From a virus (Duplodnaviria; Caudoviricetes): a DNA stretch of 53,808 nt. The translations under genes were made by a program, and so were the position numbers. The notes below the pieces were generated by a model. That model was given only the letters and a program-made list of their open reading frames with translations. It was not told the origin of the DNA and did no database searches. Below are positions 18,224 through 28,077 of the stretch, one piece after another. The DNA lies in the IMG/VR virus record IMGVR_UViG_3300020294_000007, positions 1 to 53,808 of that record; one strand, 5' to 3'. Position 1 is the first letter of the stretch; each line of letters begins with the position of its first letter.

Positions 18224-20966
18224 CCGTAGAGAACTTCATAACGATAACGTCAGCAGGAGGTAAGTTTAACTTAGTGCCCTTACCCAATCTCACCTTGGTT
18301 CTTTTGCCTTCGCAATGTTCTTTTATCTGTTTTAGCAAATGAGCATAGTTTATCTGCAAATCTCCGCACCAGCTTTTAAGTATCTTTGGAACGACATAGA
18401 ACTTCTGTGTATCGGTTTCGTACCTAGCGACTAGTTTACCTCTTGCCAAGGCATCAGGTATAACCAAAGAATCCAAACCGTTATCGTGCATCTTGCGATT
18501 GTCGTGCGTGCTTTCTATTTGCAGAATGTTGCTAATGTGTTCCGTAAAGAAGTCATTCATTATGTCAAATACAGAAGCATCACTGGTTTCAGTATTACGT
18601 TTGTTTTGTGGCAACAGGGTATCTATCACCCACTTAAATACCTTTTTGGTATCAAAAGTAATTAACTCTGCTCGTTTAGCCACCATAAGTCCTGTGATAG
18701 TGGCTGTTATATGGGCTGACCAAAAACGATTTGTAGTATCTAGTTTCCCTATTCTGTCCACACTCTCTTTAACTTTCTCCAACAGCACACGTATCTCATC
18801 TCTGTTCCGCATTATGTACTGCACATAAGGTATAGCCGCTGTGCCGTATTGCTGATACTTAACTCCATTCTCAAACGCATAGGGGTCTTTTACATCATTA
18901 AACAAGTGGCTTACGTTCGGCACGTAACACTCCAACATACGCTGTGCTTCTGCTTTGCTCATAGCTTTTGCCATACTAACTCGTTCTATGATGCTGGCGT
19001 TACCTGTGGTGTTTGCAAGGAGACTCCAAGGCTCGCCCCTGTACCTCTCTATATTGCCGCTAGATGTAAGACGATTGCGTTGTTGCCCTGCGGCAAATTG
19101 GTATATTAGATTAGAAGCTTGTAATGGAGTCAGATTAGTTATCTCGTCTACACCCCAGAGTATGCTGTGGTATACCTGACCTCTGTTCATCTTACTTGCA
19201 AAGGTATCGTCTTTATTTAGTAGTAGCTCATTTGGATTGCCGTATATGCCTAATCCGGCTATGACTGCTGTAGTCTTTGCTACGCCCGAATCTACGCTGT
19301 GAAGGTGCATACCCGCACAACTAGCGTTTAACATCTCCATCAACGCACTACCGAACCCCGTGCCGACCACATATTGATACAACTCAAAGCCATCTCTGTC
19401 CCAAAAAGACATCAATTCTTTCCATTCTTCTAGTGTTCCTTTGGGTTCAAACGCAGGAAACAAACCCACGGTCTGGTCGGACGGGGGATTAAACTCTATG
19501 GCATCAGCGGTTATCTTCTTATTACCTAGTATGAACGTTGTCATACTACCGTCAGTCCAACCAAACTGTCTGTGTGCTTTCTCAGCTACACTGTTAGCTT
19601 GTAGTTCGTTAATCCATGTAGTTGTATAAGTCATCAATTCTTCCATCTTGGTAACTGCCACTCCCTGAGATGCTATATGCTTTCTAAACTCTTCTCTCGA
19701 AGTGATTGCGCTTAACGGTATTGTAAACTCACGTATACCATCTTTGGGTAGATGTAGCCGCATGACTGCGCTCTCCCCTGCTTCAGGATCACGCACTCTT
19801 TTAACTACGTACAAGTCGTTATGATAAATAAGTTTCTCGTCTACTTCACCATCTAATGATGTGGACCTATGGTATACACCTCCGTTGGCCCCCCTGAAGT
19901 AGGGTTGTGGATAACTTGGCAGTTCATTTTCATCTTCATTACTAGTTTCAGCTTCTTTATACCTATTACCCAGCACAATCGGAGACTTTATCTTTCCCCA
20001 ATTAGGACAATTAGGGCATATATCAGGTTTGTTTTCGTCAAATGTTACGCAGGTGTAAGGACCTTTTATGAGGTCATACTTTCGATTCGTTTCATCTACA
20101 TCGTACTCAGGATGCCTCTCAGATAGCCTGTGTGCGGCTTTCTCTCCGTCTACACAAAACCTAGCAATAGATAGCCCTGCTCTCCACATGGGTTCGCTAG
20201 TGTTCTCCTGATCTGTCATTATCAATTTAAGTTGTTCACACCCTTTCCCTGCCTTTGTCTTAACCCTTATAGCTTCAAAAGAAGACTCTCTGTTACCCAT
20301 AAGTTTATCCATGACAGCGTTCTTCATAAGAGGTCTATTTGTCGTACTAGTATCTCTTCCAAAGATCTCTACAAACATATCGAACTCTAAAGGTTCAAGT
20401 GCAAGAGAGCCTATCGGTTTAACTGGGATAGGGGGGTCGGCTTTGTGGTTGTGTGTTGTAGGTACACGCAAGACTCTAGCAGTATCAGAAGTCACCGCAG
20501 GATCTGCATATATTTTGTACTTTGATAGTTTACTTTTAAAGCTTCTCGCTACAGACATCCAATCTTCAGGTTCTTTCTCCTCCGTCAAAGGCCAGTACAC
20601 ATGCACACCTCTACCCGAATTTATCATGGTCGGTCTTGGTACCCCTGTTTCTTTGCAGAAATTTCTCAAGGCTACCAATGCTTGTTCTTGTGTTTCAAAA
20701 TCCTTACTAGGGCCGCAATCCAGATCGAGAAAGAAAGATCGAATCTTTGCTACGTTGTCCTGTTTCCTAGATTTTGACGATTGAAAAGATGATAGAGCAA
20801 AAAAAGTATCCCAACCTTTGCTATCTAGTTCCCGTGCGTAGTCTATTAGTTCTTGTGTATCTTCAAAGAACCTTTGGTTTCTTTTCTTTAGTTTTGAGTG
20901 AGACGCAAAAAGACAATAGACCCCTTCCGCACAGAGAACGCTATCTAAAAATAATTTAGTTTCCAT
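18186..20966 (-). CDS. Primase-helicase (AEP-type primase plus DUF927-like helicase region)
   Basis: FFLDLD and INSGRGVHVYW AEP motifs, RVLRVP; Cys cluster (C..CPNCP); SGVAKTT Walker A-like and VDEIT Walker B-like motifs. Confidence 0.8.
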   Translation of the reverse strand: METKLFLDSVLCAEGVYCLFASHSKLKKRNQRFFEDTQELIDYARELDSKGWDTFFALSSFQSSKSRKQDNVAKIRSFFLDLDCGPSKDFETQEQALVALRNFCKETGVPRPTMINSGRGVHVYWPLTEEKEPEDWMSVARSFKSKLSKYKIYADPAVTSDTARVLRVPTTHNHKADPPIPVKPIGSLALEPLEFDMFVEIFGRDTSTTNRPLMKNAVMDKLMGNRESSFEAIRVKTKAGKGCEQLKLIMTDQENTSEPMWRAGLSIARFCVDGEKAAHRLSERHPEYDVDETNRKYDLIKGPYTCVTFDENKPDICPNCPNWGKIKSPIVLGNRYKEAETSNEDENELPSYPQPYFRGANGGVYHRSTSLDGEVDEKLIYHNDLYVVKRVRDPEAGESAVMRLHLPKDGIREFTIPLSAITSREEFRKHIASQGVAVTKMEELMTYTTTWINELQANSVAEKAHRQFGWTDGSMTTFILGNKKITADAIEFNPPSDQTVGLFPAFEPKGTLEEWKELMSFWDRDGFELYQYVVGTGFGSALMEMLNASCAGMHLHSVDSGVAKTTAVIAGLGIYGNPNELLLNKDDTFASKMNRGQVYHSILWGVDEITNLTPLQASNLIYQFAAGQQRNRLTSSGNIERYRGEPWSLLANTTGNASIIERVSMAKAMSKAEAQRMLECYVPNVSHLFNDVKDPYAFENGVKYQQYGTAAIPYVQYIMRNRDEIRVLLEKVKESVDRIGKLDTTNRFWSAHITATITGLMVAKRAELITFDTKKVFKWVIDTLLPQNKRNTETSDASVFDIMNDFFTEHISNILQIESTHDNRKMHDNGLDSLVIPDALARGKLVARYETDTQKFYVVPKILKSWCGDLQINYAHLLKQIKEHCEGKRTKVRLGKGTKLNLPPADVIVMKFSTDEDEESGDSKNL

Positions 20967-21031
20967 AGTGATCCCAAAAAGCAGTCACAACTAGGGCTGA
21001 ACATCAGTCCAACCCCGTTGCATATTAAAGG

Positions 21032-22372
21032 TTAGTCCCAATCGTCTACGATATCTTCCAGATCTTTATCTTCTGGGGGATTGCCCTTCTTCTTGACTAT
21101 CTTCTTGGGTTCTTCAGGTTCCTCAAAGTCATCATTGCTGGCTTCTGCTTGCACAGGCTCTGAGGTTACAGCAGTAAAACTGCTACCTGCTTCTGATTCA
21201 TCTGAACCGTAACCTTCCATAGGCGTAAAACTAGTCTCTCTTTCCATGCGTGGTTCAAGCTTAATAACCTGCACAGCTTGAGGCCGTAAAGAAACGCCAC
21301 ATCCCATAGCCTTATTAGCCCAAGCATAAAAAGTGACTTCGATATTAATCGTGCTGCCAGTAGTCAACTCAAAGTCATCAGCGCATGGCTGTAAGTTAGC
21401 CTTCAACATAAGAGGTTTTTTAGTGGGAGTATCGTACTTTGCCTTGAGTTTGCATTTCTTACGATAAATACGATCCTCTTTTGCCGCACCTTCCTCTGAA
21501 ACAATCTCATAGCCGTCCTCGAACTCAGGCCATTCGTTTTTCGGATTCTTCTTGTCGTTCTCGGCTTTCTTCTCATCGTACCAAGCCTTCATCGCTTTAC
21601 GTAATTTTCCAGCTTCAGCATGAGGTATGTTTATACCTACTTCGTATGCCGCCCCCTCTGCATCTACCGAACAAGGCTGATGACCTTTCCCTTCTACATA
21701 CTGGTAAGGGCGATCTAATTTAGGCCATTGAGCCGTCACATTTTGTATCATATATTTCATTTCTTCGTTCTCCTCAGAACTAGTTGTATTAAAACCTTCA
21801 GAATAGTCAGTTGTTATAGCTCGTATGGTGTCTGTATGATCTACCATGTCTGCTACTTGTTTCTCTTCTTCTTTACCCAAAGGTCGTTTAGGCGCAAAGA
21901 ACAACTTAGGCACCCTGCTACTTTCATCAAAATAAATCTTTGTGTATACAGATGACACAGAAGTTCCTCGTTTTTGTAGGAACCTAGCGTACTCCTGTAG
22001 TGGCATCTCGTTATTAGTTGCCTTACCAAAAATAGAATTGGCAGGTACTTGTAACTGATGTACCTCACATAGCTTATCTTCAAATACCAAAGCTATTTTC
22101 TGCGAAAATCTACACGCCCGTCCTTCACTTCCCCGAATATTGCGCTGACAATCCAAACATCGTGCTGACTGTTTGTTTTCAGATAATACCCCTGAAGCAG
22201 GTTGTTGCGTGTCTGTGGACCAGCATATCGGTTTTTGTGCTTTGTCGGCATTGTATTCGGCTTGGTAGTAAGCCCTAGATACAGAGGCTGCATTGATAAT
22301 CACTGCCTCTATCGTGCTACCTAACGAACCGTCATCTGCATTAAAGTTATTGTCCCGTATGCTAAGTCTCAT
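21032..22372 (-). CDS. Two-domain ssDNA-binding/annealing-like protein
   Basis: N-domain with Cys (CWS, CLDC..N, ACRF); C-domain OB-like (GVSLRPQAVQVIKL) with acidic tail ending DDWD. Confidence 0.6.
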   Translation of the reverse strand: MRLSIRDNNFNADDGSLGSTIEAVIINAASVSRAYYQAEYNADKAQKPICWSTDTQQPASGVLSENKQSARCLDCQRNIRGSEGRACRFSQKIALVFEDKLCEVHQLQVPANSIFGKATNNEMPLQEYARFLQKRGTSVSSVYTKIYFDESSRVPKLFFAPKRPLGKEEEKQVADMVDHTDTIRAITTDYSEGFNTTSSEENEEMKYMIQNVTAQWPKLDRPYQYVEGKGHQPCSVDAEGAAYEVGINIPHAEAGKLRKAMKAWYDEKKAENDKKNPKNEWPEFEDGYEIVSEEGAAKEDRIYRKKCKLKAKYDTPTKKPLMLKANLQPCADDFELTTGSTINIEVTFYAWANKAMGCGVSLRPQAVQVIKLEPRMERETSFTPMEGYGSDESEAGSSFTAVTSEPVQAEASNDDFEEPEEPKKIVKKKGNPPEDKDLEDIVDDWD

Positions 22373-22633
22373 TTAGAAATCATCGTCCAGACTAACCTCT
22401 GTATCTTTCTCAGCAAGTTCTTCCTGCCAAGGTTTATCCTCTTCAGACTTATCTTCTTCAAACTTACCCCCTCTCAAATGCTTCTCGATAGCGGATATGT
22501 CAAACCTATAAGTTAAGTCTGCTTTTATGTAACAATCTCTAGCAATAGTACCTTTCTTAACCCAGAGTCTTACAGTAGATTCTGAGATACCAAAATACTT
22601 TGCTACTTCTTGCACGTTTGAATAACTAGCCAT
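22373..22633 (-). CDS. Excisionase/MerR-like HTH DNA-binding protein
   Basis: NVQEVAKYFGISESTVRLWVKKG...YRF motif. Confidence 0.8.
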   Translation of the reverse strand: MASYSNVQEVAKYFGISESTVRLWVKKGTIARDCYIKADLTYRFDISAIEKHLRGGKFEEDKSEEDKPWQEELAEKDTEVSLDDDF

Positions 22634-22635
22634 TA

Positions 22636-23079
22636 TTATGTTCCCTTTGCTTTTCTAACACTAAGTGTATAGTTTGAGTCAGCTTGCAAGGCAGGGATCA
22701 CAACGTCCTTATTATCAGGATCTTCTAAGTATTCTCTTAGGTTAGTAGCACTGGTCCTTTTCTGTATAAGCTCTGGAAGATTATTCTCAGCACAATACTT
22801 AAAGAACTCGTCCCACTTACCTTCAGGAACAAAATAACGAGTGTTCACCTTTCTATAGAAAGTATGCCCACCGTCAGTCTTAACACTTTTAACCCCTTGC
22901 GACACACAATATTCATCCAGAGCTTTTGCCACTTTATCTTTCTGGGCTTCTAACTTTTTGACTTCTATTTCATGTGCTGCTTTGAGCCGTGATATTTCTG
23001 CTCTTATCTTGATAAAGACGTTGCAGAGTTGCGTCAGCCTTGCAGGAGAGATATCTCTCTCTTGATTTACTGCTTCCAT
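22636..23079 (-). CDS. Hypothetical phage protein (coiled-coil N-terminus)
   Basis: Start moved to ATG 23079 (MEAVNQ), preceded by AAGGAG. Confidence 0.7.
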   Translation of the reverse strand: MEAVNQERDISPARLTQLCNVFIKIRAEISRLKAAHEIEVKKLEAQKDKVAKALDEYCVSQGVKSVKTDGGHTFYRKVNTRYFVPEGKWDEFFKYCAENNLPELIQKRTSATNLREYLEDPDNKDVVIPALQADSNYTLSVRKAKGT

Positions 23080-23120
23080 TTTGTTCTCCTTACGCACCAG
23101 TAAAATCACTGGGTGGAACG

Positions 23121-23149
23121 AATCTACTCTCTTTTCGTTAGCTAGTCAA
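23121..23149 (-). promoter_or_regulatory. Sigma70-like promoter
   Basis: - strand TTGACT-N17-TAGATT upstream of the 23079 start. Confidence 0.6.
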
Positions 23150-24677
23150 GCAATTCGTTATATAATTCTAGTATTTGTGAGTGAATATTTATTCTGTTAT
23201 TTAGTAGTGAGTAAACTCTACCTTCTATCGGTGAACTTTGTAACTGTACCACCGTACACTTGTGAGTTTGTCCTGATCTATGAATTCTGGCGTTGGCCTG
23301 TGCATAAGTCTCCAGAGAACTAGTTGGTCCCCACCATACAATAGTGTTAGCAGCCGTCAGTGTTACACCGTGGGCCGCAGACTGTGGTTGGATAATCAAT
23401 ACTCTGGGGTCATCTTGCTCCTGAAATCGTTTAAATATCTCTGTGCGTTTTGATACGGGTACGTCCCCACGGATTATGTCTGTGGTAACTCCGTCTTTTT
23501 GCAACTTGTCAGATATGATATCTATCGTATGTCTGAACGGCACAAAAATAAGTATTTTCTGGCTTGACTCATCAATTACCTCTTTCAAGGCTTTATACTT
23601 GTGCTTTATATCAAACTCTAAAGCCTCACCGTCCTCGGTGTAGATTGCTCCTGCTGATACTTGTAACAGCTTATTCATGTTGACAGCGGCATTCGGGGCG
23701 GTTATTTGCTCGTCAGTTGTCTGCATAACCATGAATCTTTTTAACTGGTCGTAGTATTTCTTTTGTTGTTTGGTCATCTCTACGACACGTTTAGTGTATA
23801 CAAGATCGGGCAAATCCAAACACTGATCTTTGGTAAACCGTATCGCAGGTTGTAGTGCCTTGTGTACCGTGTCTATGGCATCTTCTTTTGGTAGCCATTT
23901 AAACTGCGTGATCTTTATCATCACTTTGTCTCTGAAAGAGCTAAAGAACTTAGGCACTCCGTCAGGGTTAACTAGTTTGGCTAGTCCGTAAGCATCCAAA
24001 GGAGACTGTGCCGCAGGAGTTCCGGTCATCATCCAAAGCCAAGTGTTTGGAGCAACTAGTTTATTTAACATCTTCCATCTGCGGGTCTGTGGATTCTTAT
24101 AATGTGTGGCCTCGTCAGCTATGATTAGGTCGAACCCACCGTTGGCTATCTCATCGGCTACTATCTCTACACCATCATAATTAATGATGACGTATTCAGC
24201 GCCTTGGTTGATGATCTTTTTGCGTTTCTCTGATGAACCGTAGGCTATGTCTACTGTGCGGTGCATGGCAAACGTAAATAAGTCTGCTCTCCAAGCACTA
24301 TCCATGATAGACAAAGGACATATCACAAGCACTCTGTTTATTTTGCCCTCTTTCATAAGGTAATCACTGGCCCAGATAGCACTAGCGGTCTTACCTGTGC
24401 CTTGCTCATTAAAGCAAAAAGCACGTTTGTTCAGAGTTAAAAATGCAGAGGTGGTCTTCTGGTGGTCAAAGGGTTTTAGTTTACCCGTCCACTTGTACTT
24501 AGATTCAATCGGAGAAGGCACGTTTATCTTCAGGTTTTTTAGTACGTGTACCTCGTCCAGCCCCCAATTAACTAGAACTCGATTATCCTCAAGCTCCTTA
24601 CTTTTAGGTATTACGCTAGTAACTTTCTCTGGGTCACGTAATCTAAGAAGCACTGCCCTGTCTTTTACAATACGCAT
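23142..24677 (-). CDS. SNF2-family helicase
   Basis: EQGTGKT, IIADEATH, MTGTP, HGVTLT and QANARIHRSGQ motifs. Confidence 0.9.
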   Translation of the reverse strand: MRIVKDRAVLLRLRDPEKVTSVIPKSKELEDNRVLVNWGLDEVHVLKNLKINVPSPIESKYKWTGKLKPFDHQKTTSAFLTLNKRAFCFNEQGTGKTASAIWASDYLMKEGKINRVLVICPLSIMDSAWRADLFTFAMHRTVDIAYGSSEKRKKIINQGAEYVIINYDGVEIVADEIANGGFDLIIADEATHYKNPQTRRWKMLNKLVAPNTWLWMMTGTPAAQSPLDAYGLAKLVNPDGVPKFFSSFRDKVMIKITQFKWLPKEDAIDTVHKALQPAIRFTKDQCLDLPDLVYTKRVVEMTKQQKKYYDQLKRFMVMQTTDEQITAPNAAVNMNKLLQVSAGAIYTEDGEALEFDIKHKYKALKEVIDESSQKILIFVPFRHTIDIISDKLQKDGVTTDIIRGDVPVSKRTEIFKRFQEQDDPRVLIIQPQSAAHGVTLTAANTIVWWGPTSSLETYAQANARIHRSGQTHKCTVVQLQSSPIEGRVYSLLNNRINIHSQILELYNELLD

Positions 24678-24678
24678 A

Positions 24679-24957
24679 CTACTTCTTCTTTTGGTAATTA
24701 CGGCTACGGTTTTTGCTCTTACTTTCTATACGCACACCGTCTTTGTTCTTGCCGCCTTTACTTAGGGCTTTCTTGTGGGAAACGTCTTTGCCTTCTCTTT
24801 TGTCGGCTTTTCCGTTCTTGTTCTTGTCCACGCCTTTCTTATCAATTTTACGCCTCGCTCTCTGGCGTTCCATACGATCCGCATGTTCACCTCTTTCTTT
24901 TTGTTGTTGGTATTCCTTTTTATAGGGTCGTGGTTTCTTCTTAATTAATCTAGGCAT
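24679..24957 (-). CDS. Small basic HNH-like protein
   Basis: GKDVSHKKALSKGG.N...NRSRN resembles a minimal HNH fold. Confidence 0.55.
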   Translation of the reverse strand: MPRLIKKKPRPYKKEYQQQKERGEHADRMERQRARRKIDKKGVDKNKNGKADKREGKDVSHKKALSKGGKNKDGVRIESKSKNRSRNYQKKK

Positions 24958-25640
24958 TAGTTCCTCCCGTTATGAGCACATTCAAGGACCGCGCAATGAT
25001 TCTTGCACAATCCACTAGGTCTGGGGTTCCACACATCGTTATCTAAAGCTTCCTGCATCAGAGAAAAAGAATCTGTCCATTTAGCCCACAACAATGTCTG
25101 ATCCGTCTGTTTATACTTATCTTTAATTAACTCGTTACATACTACAAACAACAGTCCAGCACGTACTTCTTTGATAGCTGGGAAGTGTTTAAAAGTGGCA
25201 AGCGCCATGAGTTCTAGTTGCCCTTTGTCTGCATACCTAGTTGACTTACCTGTCTTATAATCAACTACCCATGCAATGTGGCTGTCTGTGTCGAGTATTA
25301 CTAGGTCAGCTATCCCCCGCCACCATACGTCATCAGAGTAAAAACCACACGGGTCGAGGTTCTCTGTTAGCCCCATCTTGAACTCGCAGAGCTTTTCACC
25401 TCGTTTAGACAGTAGAGAATCTAGTGCAGGTTTTACATACTCAAAAGACTTAGGCAGTGGCTCTTTGTCACGCACGTACTTCTCAGCCGCTTCGTGCATA
25501 AGTGTGCCGTACCGCATGGCTTCAGTCTCTTTGTCCGCATACTGTTTCAACACTTTCATGTGGTAAAACTGCTTGGGACATTGTTCAAACGCTTTGGCCT
25601 TACTGAAAGACCAAGGAACAATACTACTCGCATTCTCCAT
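24957..25640 (-). CDS. PD-(D/E)XK exonuclease (Cas4/RecB-like)
   Basis: WSFS...CP; GIADL..VVDYKTGK; C-terminal C..HC....C completing a 4-Cys set. Confidence 0.85.
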   Translation of the reverse strand: MENASSIVPWSFSKAKAFEQCPKQFYHMKVLKQYADKETEAMRYGTLMHEAAEKYVRDKEPLPKSFEYVKPALDSLLSKRGEKLCEFKMGLTENLDPCGFYSDDVWWRGIADLVILDTDSHIAWVVDYKTGKSTRYADKGQLELMALATFKHFPAIKEVRAGLLFVVCNELIKDKYKQTDQTLLWAKWTDSFSLMQEALDNDVWNPRPSGLCKNHCAVLECAHNGRN

Positions 25641-27456
25641 AACTTCTTCCTACGCCTGACTCACAATCAATCGGCAAACCTTCTGCCCAATCGGGAGTCC
25701 ATCGCATACATTTCTCAATGTACGCCTGTGCATCCGAAACCTCTGTCTCGGGTACACAACAAACAACCGAGTCGTGAACAGTCATCACAACACGATACTT
25801 CTTTGTTATTTTTAACATCTGTTCCGCAATAATACAACGTGCTATTGCTTGGCATACGTTCTCTACTACTTTACCGCCATATATCTTATTGCGTCCGTTT
25901 CTAACTTTATAAGTAAACTGTACGTCCTCTTCGTTGGTTTCAAACGACAAGTCTTCATACCTAAGTAACAAACCTGAAGGTAACCTTATACCTTTCTCCG
26001 CAGCCACTATGTCTAATACACCTTCTTTACCCAGACTAGTTTGTCTACAGTTCTTTTTAGTTAGTTCTGTCAATAAGTTTTGAGCTTCACGCCACAAGTG
26101 ATTTATTTTCCAGTTGGTATCTCTGTATATTTTTATAACCCTTCTAGCCTCTTTTAACTGCATGTCAAATCCAGAAAGCTGTAACTGAGCTTTGAACCTG
26201 ACCGCCCCCATGCCATATCCTGCACCGAGTATGGTGGTCTTACCAACGAACCTTTGGTCTTTTGTCACCTTATCTTCATCTATATCATAAATATCAGAAG
26301 CCATCTTCTTATATACATCTTCACCCTTTGCGAATGCTTCAACTAGGTCATCTTGTTCTGCTAACCACGCAAGTACCCTCGCTTCTATCTGCGCTGAGTC
26401 TGCATCAATTATCATGTATCCTTCTGGCGCAATGATACTGTTCTTCAACTTCTTTCCGTTAGGGCCACGGCTAGGTAAGTTCTGTATGTTGATCTTGTCA
26501 GCACCGCCCCAACGCCCTGTGTGCGCGGCATAATACTGAATAGGTACAGGGAGCAATCCCCGTTTAGCTATGTCAATGAACCTTTGAGTGCGGGTTTCTT
26601 CCAACGTACTCTTGTTACCTAGTCTGGCAGTTACCAAACTTTGTACTCGTACATCTTCGTGAGTTTCTAACGCTTTGAATCCTTCATCGGTCTTGGCAAG
26701 AGCTAGAGTCTCTTTACCTGTAGTAAGACTTACCTTGGTGGGAGGTTCTACCCCAAGTTCGGTAAGTAGTTCTGCAAACTTTAAGTTGCTCATCAAGTCG
26801 TCCTTACTTACTCCGGCTTCTTCTAGCAACCTATCCTTATTCTCTTTAGTGTCATCCAGATGTACTTCTAGTAATCCTAAATCCAAATCTAGTTCTGGTT
26901 CTACAAACATACGTAGGGTCAGGTCTATAATTTTAAGTTCTTGTTTAGGAAAACCTTTGCCCATAATTCTGAATAATTTATAGGTCAACTCCACATCATT
27001 TATGCAGTAGTCTCCGTACTTACTTAACTGGGCACTACTAAAGTCATCTCTGTTCATACCCTTTGCCGCTATGACTTCTGTGCCCTTCGCTCCTAGTTTG
27101 TATCTCTCTGTTAGAGCTTTTAGTGACCCCCCTGCGTTTGTACCATGCACCGCCCTAGCCATACATAAAGTGTCAGCCCACGCTTTAGGTTTAATACCGT
27201 ATCGCCAACTGAGTATGGCCCCGTCAAACATAGTGTTATGAGCAAGCACCATGCTGTTGCTCCAATCAAACTCGTTTAGGTATGCCGCCATTTGTTTGTT
27301 TGTGCCACTCGCCCACTCTACGGCTTCGTTGTTAACTTTGATCGCTACGCCAATGACTTCAAATCTAGTATCTCGGACGTACTCTTCAGTGGTAAGCTTC
27401 GAGAGCGAATACTCTTGGTCGTAGTATGTCTCAAAGTCAATCGTTATCAGATCCAT
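25624..27456 (-). CDS. polA: DNA polymerase family A with 3'-5' exonuclease
   Basis: IDFET (ExoI), AHNTMFD, HTGRW, NIQNLP, DSAQIEAR (motif A), KTTILGAGYG (motif B), VHDS (motif C). Confidence 0.93.
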   Translation of the reverse strand: MDLITIDFETYYDQEYSLSKLTTEEYVRDTRFEVIGVAIKVNNEAVEWASGTNKQMAAYLNEFDWSNSMVLAHNTMFDGAILSWRYGIKPKAWADTLCMARAVHGTNAGGSLKALTERYKLGAKGTEVIAAKGMNRDDFSSAQLSKYGDYCINDVELTYKLFRIMGKGFPKQELKIIDLTLRMFVEPELDLDLGLLEVHLDDTKENKDRLLEEAGVSKDDLMSNLKFAELLTELGVEPPTKVSLTTGKETLALAKTDEGFKALETHEDVRVQSLVTARLGNKSTLEETRTQRFIDIAKRGLLPVPIQYYAAHTGRWGGADKINIQNLPSRGPNGKKLKNSIIAPEGYMIIDADSAQIEARVLAWLAEQDDLVEAFAKGEDVYKKMASDIYDIDEDKVTKDQRFVGKTTILGAGYGMGAVRFKAQLQLSGFDMQLKEARRVIKIYRDTNWKINHLWREAQNLLTELTKKNCRQTSLGKEGVLDIVAAEKGIRLPSGLLLRYEDLSFETNEEDVQFTYKVRNGRNKIYGGKVVENVCQAIARCIIAEQMLKITKKYRVVMTVHDSVVCCVPETEVSDAQAYIEKCMRWTPDWAEGLPIDCESGVGRSYGECE

Positions 27457-27667
27457 CTATCTCCTCTCTTAATCTCTTCATAAACCAAATACATTTATCT
27501 ATATCTTGTACTGGTTTGCCTTTGTGGGGGTACCGCCACAAGTATTTCATTGCTGTACCTTTTAAATAGCCTTCAAACTGTTCTGGAGTCATGGATGCCT
27601 TGATCGCATCGATGCACTCAATGTCTCCGACTGTGTAGTGTGGAGGGTGATTAACTGGATCAGTCAT
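27437..27667 (-). CDS. DUF3310-like protein
   Basis: DPVNHPPHY...IECIDAI...KYLWRY..KG...D..K..W. Confidence 0.85.
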   Translation of the reverse strand: MTDPVNHPPHYTVGDIECIDAIKASMTPEQFEGYLKGTAMKYLWRYPHKGKPVQDIDKCIWFMKRLREEIDGSDND

Positions 27668-27974
27668 AATCTAGTTCCAACTGTGCCGCAAACCCTTTGG
27701 TTAACACTGGAATGACTTGATCTATGTTCTTCTCATCAACGACCATAGCTATACCGCCACTCTTCATAATGTCGTGCAAGTTCTTCTGTTGGAGAGGGGT
27801 AGGCTTGTTGCCCTTGGCTTTACACTCAATACCAAAGAATTTACTTTCAAAGCATCCCACTATGTCAGGCACGCCACTCTTTCCGTATCCATGAGTCATG
27901 GGGTAAAAGTAGTAAGCACCTAGCTTCTTGAGTTGTTCAACAACTTTCTTCTTTACCTTTGCCTCGGGTGTCAT
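27660..27974 (-). CDS. VRR-NUC nuclease
   Basis: MTPEAKVK...GVPDIVGC...FFGIECKA...PTPLQ; start moved to 27974, GAGGAG RBS. Confidence 0.85.
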   Translation of the reverse strand: MTPEAKVKKKVVEQLKKLGAYYFYPMTHGYGKSGVPDIVGCFESKFFGIECKAKGNKPTPLQQKNLHDIMKSGGIAMVVDEKNIDQVIPVLTKGFAAQLELDYD

Positions 27975-28077
27975 GCAAGATTTCTCCTCTCGTTTCAAAA
28001 AACTCCATCAGCTTATCCAGAACTTCTCTGTCATCTGGCTCTACTGTATCTAGTTCTATGGTGATATTAACTTTCAC
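27937..28077 (-). CDS. 46-aa hypothetical protein (MKVNITIELDT...)
   Basis: Not in the track; GTGA overlap with the SNase stop, fills the intergenic gap. Confidence 0.5.
   Translation of the reverse strand: MKVNITIELDTVEPDDREVLDKLMEFFETRGEILHDTRGKGKEESC

Noticed and set aside
24957-25640. CRISPR-associated Cas4
   Set aside because: Stand-alone PD-(D/E)XK nuclease in a replication module, common in phages; no cas1/cas2 or array.
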